Source: Octopus sinensis (lineage: Eukaryota). Taken from it: 11,047 nucleotides of DNA. Position 1 is the first letter of the stretch, and every line of letters starts with the position of its first letter. Location: NCBI RefSeq assembly GCF_006345805.1, contig NW_021827018.1:1-11047 (forward strand). Reading direction: 5' to 3'. The notes beneath the pieces are model-generated. The model ran no database searches. It saw only the letters and a program-made list of their open reading frames with translations, and was not told the origin of the DNA. Positions 1 through 8,165 of this stretch are shown here, one piece after another. The translations under genes and the position numbers were made by a program.

Positions 1-36
1 TACTAATATACATTTTACGGTGGTGTAGCATAGCCT

Positions 37-244
37 CATCATGTGGAGGTGACAAGAAGTTGACAAGGGCTTGGGTCTGTGGATTGCCACTCAGGATAGA
101 ACCTGAGTTCTATCCGCCGGGACCTGGGTGACAGCGGAGCCATCATGTGGAGGTGACAAGAAGTTGGCAAGGGTTTGGGTCTGTGGGTTGCCACTCAGGA
201 TAGAACCCGAGTTCTATCCGCCGGGGCCTGGGTGGCAGCGGAGC
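37..244. repeat. Head-to-tail duplication of a 104-bp unit (37-140, 141-244)
   Basis: Both units run CATCATGTGGAGGTGACAAG...CAGCGGAGC and differ by 6 substitutions, all transitions. Each contains the hairpin GGATAGAAC-N4-GTTCTATCC (94-115, 198-219). Confidence 0.95.
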
Positions 245-773
245 CAAGCACCTCAATGTCAAAATTTTGCCTCCGGCTGATTGGGTGGGGTCAAAAGCGG
301 TTTTGACCCTGTGGACCCAATCAGCCAAGAATCTGGGGTTTCCAGATTTTCTTAAAATGGCCGGTTCTAGGTATCCGGGGATTCTTGAGGGACGCCCCCA
401 CCTCAAGTGTCACCTGTGCCTGGAACCAGGCCACATTAAAAGGTAAGGTCCTAGAACAGTTAGTGATGGAAGAACTCCCACCTCCTCCTTCGGAGGGAGA
501 GATGGAGGCAGTGATGACCCCACCCCCGAAATAAAGGGGGGAAAAAGGAAGAAGGTGGAAACAATGGTTGCCCACTGAAGAATCCCCTAGGATCCAGGAG
601 GGAGGAAAGATCCTCCGGTTAAAGCGGAGGAAGTACACCCTCTCGTAGCAAAGGGGAGAAAAAAGAAGAAAAACGGGACAGTGCCGACTGTTAATACACC
701 ACCGGCATGTTCCAAATCCCCGTCGGTGGGAAATGTTCCACCGACGGTGGAAGTTGTGGTCTCGACCCAATGA
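243..773 (+). pseudogene. Disrupted non-LTR retrotransposon ORF1/gag-like segment with a CCHC zinc knuckle (L1/Tx1-like)
   Basis: Translation from 243 gives AKHLNVKILPPADWVGSKAVLTLWTQSAKNLGFPDFLKMAGSRYPGILEGRPHLKCHLCLEPGHIKR*GP. This is CX2CX4HX4(C>G) at 408-449, preceded by an EGRP motif typical of LINE ORF1. A Pro/Lys-rich low-complexity tail (GRKKKKN) follows to TGA 771-773, with stops at 444, 576 and 588. Confidence 0.65.
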
Positions 774-1023
774 AGGAAGAATATTTGCTTTTATCCTGAA
801 GGGGAGAGGCGGTGGGAAAGTTTGCTAACAAATTTGCCAAGGGAGGAGACATAACCTGCATTAACGGTAGCTGTGGAGGTCATCTCAGGCACGGATAATG
901 GACTCCTTCCCAGAAGTTGTATTCCACTTCCGATTAAGACACACTGACCTGGCACTATCGGAGTGTTTGAGTGACGCTTTGAGCATGGTCGGGTGCTGGC
1001 GGGGCGGAAAATTGTAAAATTAA

Positions 1024-1140
1024 GAGGCTGAGTGCCTCATACTGAAAGGGGATATGGCCCATAAGAAAAAATTGTAAGAGGCCTAGTGTCTCATTTTTAA
1101 GGACATGGTATTATTTTTGGTATGAGGCTTAGTGACTCAT
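1024..1140 (+). other. Three related stem-loops GAGGC-NNAGT-G(C/T/A)CTC-AT
   Basis: 1024-1038 GAGGC TGAGT GCCTC; 1078-1092 GAGGC CTAGT GTCTC (G-U pair); 1122-1140 ATGAGGC TTAGT GACTCAT. Spacing is 54 and 46 bp. Confidence 0.7.
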
Positions 1141-1359
1141 TGTAAGGAACTTGTGTCCAAATGGAACATTAGTAAGCGGTTTATTACCTCAACTTTTATG
1201 TTTTGTAAAAGAACAATGTTTTAGAGAAGCAGAGATCGGCAGGCGTATTATGCCTTCCCTCATTAATACCATATTTTCACCATTCATCTCATTAATGTTA
1301 TTGTCCAGCCCGCAGTTACTACTTCTGTGTAATGTTTTCATGGCAAATTGAATGAAATA

Positions 1360-1501
1360 AAGTGGCTTGCTTACCAAGCACATGGTTACGGGTTCAGTCC
1401 TACAGCGTGGCACCTTGGGCAAGTGTCTTCTTCTATAGCTTCGGCCCGACCAAAGCCTTGTGAGTGGATTGGTAGCTGGAAACTGAAAGAAGCGTCTTAA
1501 T

Positions 1502-1557
<56 letters not shown>

Positions 1558-1586
1558 TAATATATATATATATATAGATATATATC

Positions 1587-1628
<42 letters not shown>

Positions 1629-1886
1629 ATATATATTATATATATTATATATTTGTGTGTGTATATGAGTGTATGTTTGTGTGTCTGTGTCTGTCCCCGC
1701 CCACCATCGCTTGACAACCGATGCTGGTGATTTTACGTCCCATAACTTAACGGGTCGGCAAAAGGACCGATGGAATAAGTACTAGGCTTACAAAAAATAA
1801 GTCCTGGGGTCGATTTGTTCGACTAAAGGCGACGCGATAGCATGGCCACAGTCAAATGACTGAATCAAATAAAGGAATAAAAGAAT
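1360..1886 (+). mobile_element. tRNA-derived SINE, family A (5'-clipped; internal microsatellite ~1502-1680; AAAAGAAT-type tail)
   Basis: Collinear with the reverse-strand copy at 3805-4220 (GGCACCTTGGGCAAGTGTCTTC...GGAAACTGAAAGAAGC, microsatellite, GCTTGACAACCGATG...CAGTCAAATGACTGAA). B-box-like GGGTTCAGTCC at 1390-1400. Confidence 0.85.
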
Positions 1887-2014
1887 TCATGCACACACAC
1901 ACACACACACACACACACGCATATATATATACACACATATATATATATATATATGTGTGTATATGTATAGGAAGAGTGAGAGTAAGAGAGAGAGGGAGAG
2001 AGAAAGAGGAAGAA

Positions 2015-2044
2015 AATTAGTGAAGTAGATGCATAGAAACATGT

Positions 2045-2076
<32 letters not shown>

Positions 2077-2098
2077 CTATGCATCTACTTCACTAATT
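2015..2098. repeat. 84-bp near-perfect palindrome with a (TA)n centre
   Basis: AATTAGTGAAGTAGATGCATAGAAACATG-(TA)n-CATGTATCTATGCATCTACTTCACTAATT; single mismatch at 2038/2075, no spacer. Confidence 0.95.
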
Positions 2099-2574
2099 AT
2101 ATATATATATGTAAGTGCGTGTCACATGTCCACCACGGCGTAATTACTAGTTAACACCTTAAGCAATTGATCTGACAACCACTAAATTTCCGACTTACTC
2201 ACACTAATGACAAACTGAAACCTTGAACTAGAACCAATTAGATATACGACCCTTATAATCAATTAAGCATAAAAGGCGATAGAAACAATTTAAACCAGAT
2301 CTTAGACCCATACCAGACATTGTTAAAAAAAAAAAGACCCCAAAATTACGCAGACATGCACGTGTGTATGTGTGTGTACACGTGCCGACATGTTTCTGTG
2401 TAAAGTATGGCTGTGGATGTGCATGCATATACTCACACGGGCACTTAGTTTTATTAGCGCTGAATTTTGTTGGAGGTACGAGGGAGGACTTCATCAATAC
2501 AAGTTGCAGACTATATCGTTAATTGATACTCAATGTTTATCTCGCGGCTGGAGTTTCAATAAAGTATGCATGCA

Positions 2575-2820
2575 CACACGCATACATACGTACATACACA
2601 CATACATACATACATACATACATACACACATACATACGTAACATACATACATACATACATACATACACACACATACACACATACATACATACATACATAC
2701 ATACATACATACATACATACACACACATACATACATACACACATACATACATACACACATACTTACACGCATATATATGTATAGATGCGTACACATATAT
2801 ATGTATATAATATATCATAT
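2575..2820. repeat. (TACA)n/(CA)n/(TA)n compound microsatellite
   Basis: Directly visible; it produces the HTYI/MYVC pseudo-ORFs on both strands. Confidence 0.95.
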
Positions 2821-2823
2821 ATA

Positions 2824-3207
2824 TTCCCTGACCCTACCTCCCAACCCGGCTCGTTCCCCTGCTCCCGCCCACGTTGCCGCACTTGCCCTTACCTCTCCAA
2901 CACCACCCGCCTCACTAGCACTCACCATCGACCCTATCCCATCATCCACTCCTTCACCTGCACCTCCAGCAATATTATCTATTGCGTCTCTTGCTCTCTC
3001 TGCAATTCCTTGTACATCGGACAAACGGGACGCCGCTTGGCTGACCGGTTCGCGGAACACCTTCGTGACATCCACCTTGCGAACGACACACCGGTCTCAC
3101 GCCATTTCCGCTCCACCGGTCACTCCTCGCAACACCTATCTGCGTTCGGTTTGTCCTTACACAGAGGCCATCCGGATTCCCGTTTGCGCCGCGAACAGGA
3201 ATTTAAT
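2824..3207 (+). mobile_element. Penelope-like retroelement fragment: GIY-YIG endonuclease domain with an upstream Zn-finger linker (Neptune-type)
   Basis: PCSRPRCRTC linker; FTCTSSNIIYCVSCSLCNSLYIGQTGRRLADRFAEH (IIY at 2974, YIG at 3013, conserved Arg at 3046); PVSRHF; RREQEF (Glu at 3193). No stops over about 128 codons; lies inside ORF 2785-3237; visibly GC-rich against the AT background. Confidence 0.92.
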
Positions 3208-3224
3208 TGTGTGTATGTGTGTTC

Positions 3225-3378
3225 GTGTGAGAGTTAAGAATAATTCTTGGCACATACATGAAGCAACGTTCGGTCCCAATGCCGTGGCACCTTAGGCAAG
3301 TGTCTTCTACTATAGCCCCGGGCCGACCAAAGCCTTGTGAGTGGATTTGGTAGACGGAAACTGAAAGAAGCCCGTCGT
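3225..3378 (+). mobile_element. Family A SINE, 5' half only, ending in a (TA)-rich run
   Basis: GTGGCACCTTAGGCAAGTGTCTTCTACTATAGCCCCGGGCCGACCAAAGCCTTGTGAGTGGATTTGGTAGACGGAAACTGAAAGAAGCCCGTCG matches the copies at 1360 and 4060-4170. Confidence 0.85.
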
Positions 3379-3412
3379 ATATATGTATATATATATACAT
3401 GTATATATATAT

Positions 3413-3565
3413 CTTTCGAGATGCTGTATGTCTTTGAGGAGATAAGGAGGAGAGGCTTGAATCCCGTACTCCAATATGGGTCTCAGAGTGTCCCAGAGTA
3501 CCGTGCATCAATGAGTCGAGTGTGTTGAACACACAGTTGTTGTAAAGTTTAGAACACAAACCAAT
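3413..3565 (-). mobile_element. CR1/L2-type LINE reverse-transcriptase C-terminal fragment
   Basis: The minus strand reads ...LRPILEYGIQASPPYLLKDIQHLER, resembling the CR1-clade motif LVRPHLEY..Q.W.P...KDI..LE. An upstream frame gives CVFNTLDSL. The 3565 boundary is approximate. Confidence 0.7.
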
Positions 3566-3804
3566 AAACATTTTCAAAGATATGAACGAAATATTAATTT
3601 TCAAACGTTACAAACATATGTACACCCTAAACGAAATTTGCTATATTCAATACTCTATCCACTGTTTTTACTAAATTCACATATTACTGATAATTTCAAT
3701 TCTAATAAAGTATTCTCCTGGCGCTTTTGCACCGGTCATTGTTATTGCATCTGCAAGAATTCTGATTTGTGTACCGTGGTGAAAATTTTCATTGTGATTA
3801 ATAT

Positions 3805-4220
3805 ACTCTTTACTCTTTTAATTGTTTCAGTCATTTGACTGTTGCCATGCTGGAGCACCACCTTTAGTCGAGCAAATCGACCCCAGGACTTATTCTTTGT
3901 AAGCCTAGTACTTATTCTGTCGGTTCCTTTTGCCGAACCGCTAAGTTATGGGGACGTAAACACACCATCATCGGTTGTCAAGCAATGTTGGGGGACAAAC
4001 ACAGATACAGAAACATACACACACATACATACATATATATACATATATACATATATACGACGAGCTTCTTTCAGTTCCCGTCTACCAAATCCACTCATAA
4101 GGCTTTGGTCGACCCGAGGCTACAGTAGAGGACACTTGCCCAAGGTGCGACGCAGTGCGATTGAACTCGGAACCATGTGGTTCGTGAGCAAGCTACTTAC
4201 CACACAGTCATCCCTACGCC
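3805..4220 (-). mobile_element. Full-length family A tRNA-SINE inserted in the Tc1 5' UTR
   Basis: Minus-strand head GGCGTAGGGATGACTGTGTGGTAAG (A-box-like) and GAGTTCAATCG (B-box-like), short internal microsatellite, AAAAGAGTAAAGAGT tail. Candidate TSD TAATAT at 3799-3804 and 4221-4226. Confidence 0.9.
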
Positions 4221-4224
4221 TAAT

Positions 4225-5488
4225 ATGGCACCAAAAGGAAAAGGAAATTTCTGAAGATTTGAAGAAAATTAGTTTTAATTTGCACAAGAACGGTTTAGGA
4301 TACAAGTTAATTAGCAAAGGAATACATATTAGCGTAAACACAGTTGCCAAATTGATTCAGAATTACAAAGCTACTGGACAGCTAAGCAATAAACATCATG
4401 CAGTTCGAACTTCTATTTTAACTGCACGTGACATTCGCCACATCTAAAATTGTGTGATGGACAACAAGTGTCATACCTATTTCTATTTCTATATTACCCA
4501 CAAGGGGCTAAACACAGAGGGGACAAACAAGGACAGACATAGGTATTAAGTCGATTACATCGACCCCAGTGCGTAACTGGTACTTAATTTATCGACCCCG
4601 AAAGGATGAAAGGCAAAGTCGACCTCGGCGGAATTTGAACTCACAACGTGACGCAGACGAAATACCGCTAATCATTTCGCCCGGCGTGCTAACGTTTCTG
4701 TCAGCTCGCAGCCTTAACAAGTGTCATACCGCTTCATCTGTGCGCCAAGAAGTGTCTTCTGTTAGTGGAAAAGTGTATCTGCCCAAACATTTCGCTGATG
4801 TTTGAATCAGTGTTGTCTTCAGGAATGGATTCCTCGCAGGAAACTCCTCCTCAATTCCAAACATAAATTTAGTCGTTTGTATTTTGCCGAAACCTAGGTG
4901 AGTAAGGGGAAGTTTTGGAATAAAGTTTTTTTTTTTCTCACGCGACTAAAATCAACTTGTGTCGGTCAGATGGTATTAAACAAGTATGGTGACGACTAGG
5001 TGAAGATAATAGCGACAAATGCACCGTGCCTGCCTTGAAACACAGCAGCTGAAGTGTTATACTTTGGGGATGCATGAGTGCGGCTGGTATGGGAGGACTC
5101 ACATTTATTGAGAGAACAATAGATTCAAGGCTTTATTGTGACATATTGCAGAAAAGAATGTTGAAAAGCATTAAGGAACTTTGAAGACATTCCATGATAA
5201 TGACCCTAAACATACTTCAACGATGACGACTAAGTTTTTACCAGATAAAAAGGTAAAAATATTGCCTTGGCCTACCATGTCATCTGATTTAAGCTCAATA
5301 CAACATCTGTGGGGTGTTTTGAAAATGGAGGTTGAGGAGAAAAGAACCCGCAATGTAATACAGATGAAAGATATCATTCATCATAAATGGAGGTCGATTC
5401 ATCGGTTATAGGCGGAAATTTAGTCAACTCTATGCCCAGCAGACTTAATGCAGTGATTGAAAGCAAGGGCAGTCACACCAAATACTGA
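4225..5488 (+). pseudogene. Tc1 transposase pseudogene (DD34E spacing, E>Q), interrupted by a SINE at 4478-4715
   Basis: MAPKGK(fs)EISEDLKK...LHKNGLGYKLISK HTH region; PRRKLLL; VILWGCMSAAG; HDNDPKHTS...WPTMSSDLSSIQHLW with 34 residues from D to Q; SMPSRLNAVIESKGSHTKY* ending at 5488. Multiple stops and frameshifts. Confidence 0.92.
4478..4715 (-). mobile_element. tRNA-derived SINE, family B, full-length, with a 15-bp TSD
   Basis: AACAAGTGTCATACC at 4463-4477 and 4716-4730; B-box-like GAGTTCAAATT; AATAT/AGAAAT tail. Its 3' part is repeated at 7793 and 9497. Confidence 0.92.
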
Positions 5489-5694
5489 ATATAGTAAATA
5501 ATACTTTAGGGTGTACATATTTTTGTAACGTTTGAAAATTGATATTTCGTTCATATCTTTGAAAATGTTTGTATAATGTTTGCATGTATAATATATTTTA
5601 TTCAGGATAAATTTCGTTTGATTTCCTTCGACATCATCAGAGTAATGGCAAATTACTGAAATTTTTTAGGGGTGTACATACTTCTGGGAGATGT

Positions 5695-5728
<34 letters not shown>

Positions 5729-5822
5729 AGTGTGATATAACACAGTACTCAATATAGATAACTGTAGAGGATTGCAATGAGTTTTATGATCCATTTTCCA
5801 AAAGCTTTATATATCTCCGTAG

Positions 5823-5899
<77 letters not shown>

Positions 5900-5902
<3 letters not shown>

Positions 5903-6295
5903 TTACATATAAAAGTGAAGTTGTGTGTCTGTCTCCTACGATTTAGATTCCTAACTACTCCCACATTTTGCGGTGCAGTTTAACCAAAACCGGGTATCTT
6001 ATAGTCGTGATTCATATCGAGCCCTTCTGGGTATTAGCGCGCGTCTACGATGAGTCTACGATTTAAAAAAAAATTACCATCATTTTTTTCCATTTTAATG
6101 CATTTTTTCGCTATTATATACGGGAAGTAACTCTCTAAAAATGTCTACGATGAGTCAACAATTTAAAAAAAAATTTACCATCATTTTTTTTCCATTTTTA
6201 ATGCATTCTTTTGCTATTTTTTTGCTATAACTCTCTAAAAATGCTTATATAGTTATTTCCCTTACAAACCCGAGCAACGCCGGGCGATACTGCTA

Positions 6296-6296
<1 letters not shown>
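5900..6296 (+). mobile_element. Complete non-autonomous Helitron (397 bp) inserted in (TA)n
   Basis: A|TC 5' end (TCTTTACATATAAAAG); 3' hairpin CCCGAGCAACGCCGGG at 6269-6284, then 8 nt, then CTAG|T; no TSD; internal ~100-bp tandem duplication at 6043-6142 and 6143-6242. Confidence 0.88.
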
Positions 6297-6337
<41 letters not shown>

Positions 6338-6784
6338 TGTCAGATATTCAACATTCTTTACATTTGTTCATTCATAGACACGGCACCAAAACTATCTGCC
6401 TCACTAAAATTCTCCGTTTTATTTTCTACACACCAAAACTTCTTCATTTAACTTCGTGATTGTGTCATCTTTAATTCTCTTTAACACTAATTCTTTTTAA
6501 CACATTTGTTTTTTCATTCTACCAATTTTCGAAAGTAAACTTTCTAGACAACTCTTCGGAATCTTATTTATTTATTTCGTTTTCTTAAATGTATATTTAT
6601 TATTATTTTTTTTGCCAGATATTTTCATTAAAGTGATATTAATCAAGACAGTGTCTCTTCAACCAGACTACCACCAGTTCAAATTATTCACTAACAATGA
6701 GTAATACGAGAATCTCTGATGACATTGTCAAAGAAAGAATCTGTCGGGGTTTTTCAATTGTTTTTAAATCAATTTCTTCTGTTA

Positions 6785-7430
6785 TGGCTTTGTGGTTAAA
6801 AAGCTCGAACGTGACTTTGTTTCAGTCCTGGTGTACGAAGCCTTGAGCAAGTGACTTCTACCACAGCTCTGCACCGACCAATGACTTATGATTCAATTAG
6901 GCAAACGGAAACTGTGTAGAACACCATCGTATATATATATAAATGTATGTGTCTATGTGTGTGTGTGGAGGCGCAATGGCCCAGTGGTTAGGGCAGCAGA
7001 CTCGCGGTCGTAGGATCGCGGTTTCAATTCCCAGACCGGGCGTTGTGAGTGTTTATTGAGCGAAAACACCTAAAAGCTCCACGAGGCTCCGGCAGGGGAT
7101 GGTGGTGATCCCTGCTGTACTCTTTCACCACAACTTTCTCTCACTCTTACTTCCTGTTTCTGTTGTACCTGTATTTCAAGGGGCCGGCCTTGTCACTCTC
7201 TGTGTCACGCTGAATATCCCCGAGAACTACGTTAAGGGTGCACGTGCCTGTGGAGTGCTCAGCCACTTACACGTTAATTTTACGAGCAGGCTGTCCCGTT
7301 GATCGAATCAACCGGAACCCTCGTCGTCGTAACCGACGGAGTGCTTCCAAGTATGTGCATGTCTACACATTTGTGTATGTCAATGTGTGTCTGTGTGTCT
7401 TTTTCCATTTGTTGGTTTATTTATGTCCCT
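6785..7430 (+). mobile_element. Old, diverged family A SINE interrupted in its microsatellite by a family C SINE
   Basis: 6785-6930 resembles the A head (CCTTGAGCAAGTGACTTCTAC...CCGACCAA...ACGGAAACTG). 7411-7429 GTTGGTTTATTTATGTCCC resembles the A 3' half. Confidence 0.55.
6967..7350 (+). mobile_element. tRNA-derived SINE, family C (OK/OR-like octopus SINE)
   Basis: tRNA-like head with A box TGGCCCAGTGG (6977-6987) and B-box-like GTTTCAATTCC (7021-7031), followed by about 300 bp of non-tRNA body; no tRNA 3' acceptor end. Confidence 0.8.
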
Positions 7431-7792
7431 CTCACTTTTTTTGTGGGCAAGAATTTCTTTAACAACATTACTGTAATTCACTGACGGTTGGTTTTATGCA
7501 CCCGATGATCTGCAACTGAATTATCCCTGGGTACATTTACTACATCCTCAGTATTACAGTATGACAGTTATGGAGAAAACATAGCCTAACGAAAAGACAG
7601 TATGACAAAATGACAAAGAATCTCGTGTTTAAGCGTATTGGCGAAACGCTTAGAAGTAGTCAGCTGTTTGGCAAGCTCTTGATAGGTTTTAGAATCTTGT
7701 ATAATTCTTAATTATTTTACTGTTTATTTAACGTTAACATTTAGTAAAAACGTAATTATAATACATACACACACACACACACATATAAATAT

Positions 7793-7871
7793 GGGGTCGA
7801 TGTAATCGACTTAATCCCTTTGTCTGTCCTTGTTTGTCCCCTCTATGTTTAGCCCCTTGTGGGCAGTAAAG
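7793..7871 (+). mobile_element. Family B SINE 3' fragment
   Basis: GGGGTCGATGTAATCGACTTAA...TTTGTCCCCTC...TTTAGCCCCTTGTGGG is the reverse complement of 4490-4568. Confidence 0.85.
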
Positions 7872-8043
7872 GACTATATATATATATATATATTATATAT
7901 ATATATATATATATAATATACATACACAATATACGTGCATACATTCTCTCCCACTCACACTATCTCTGTGTGTATGTGTATATATATATATACACATATA
8001 TACATGCATACATTTCTCTCTCCCACTCACGCTATCTCTTGTG

Positions 8044-8102
<59 letters not shown>

Positions 8103-8165
8103 TTCGCCATGATTAATCGCTAGCCACTAACATTTTCTATTTTCTCTCCCTGTTTATTTCTGTGT

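Larger units (their letters stand above)
3566..5696 (+). mobile_element. Decayed Tc1-family DNA transposon with IR-DR-type TIRs (outer part of left TIR missing)
   Basis: Inverted repeats 3566-3631 and 5505-5570 match at 64/66. The right end GGGTGTACATACTTCTGGGAGATGTTG|TA (5696) repeats the inner TAGGG(G)TGTACATA motif. A transposase remnant lies between the repeats. Confidence 0.9.

Noticed and set aside
37-244. Four of six differences between the tandem units are A/G, possibly an ADAR editing imprint
   Set aside because: All four have a 5' G neighbour, which ADAR disfavours; six transitions is ordinary mutational bias and the sample is too small.
37-1140. CRISPR-like repeat-spacer organisation of the hairpin repeats
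   Set aside because: Only 2-3 degenerate units, no unique regular spacers, no cas genes, and a eukaryotic TE context.
2358-2385. GCACGTGT...ACACGTGC inverted E-box pair
   Set aside because: Short, embedded in GT/CA low-complexity sequence, and expected by chance.
2477-2510. TACGAGGG... resembling a mariner TIR start
   Set aside because: No partner inverted repeat or transposase remnant was found nearby.
3411-3428. TTTCGAGATGCTGTA resembles the Tc1 right terminus
   Set aside because: It is in the wrong orientation for a left end and is fully explained as coding sequence of the CR1 fragment (QHLER on the minus strand).
3842-4447. 201-aa ORF as a SINE-transposase fusion protein
   Set aside because: Chance read-through of an antisense SINE with a non-ATG start into the frameshifted transposase N-terminus, which stops at 4447.
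6716-6745. CTGATGA...GAAA canonical hammerhead core words
   Set aside because: No stem II (CATTGTCAAA cannot close with a G-C pair) and no stem I complementarity around a cleavage triplet.
6967-7040. Possible tRNA gene
   Set aside because: It has A and B boxes but no clean anticodon arm or acceptor stem and runs into a 300-bp body; it is a SINE head.
7931-8050. Two ~69-bp-period copies of GCATACATT(CT)nCCCACTCAC.CTATCTCT
   Set aside because: A real but low-complexity slippage duplication within a microsatellite field, with no evidence of function.
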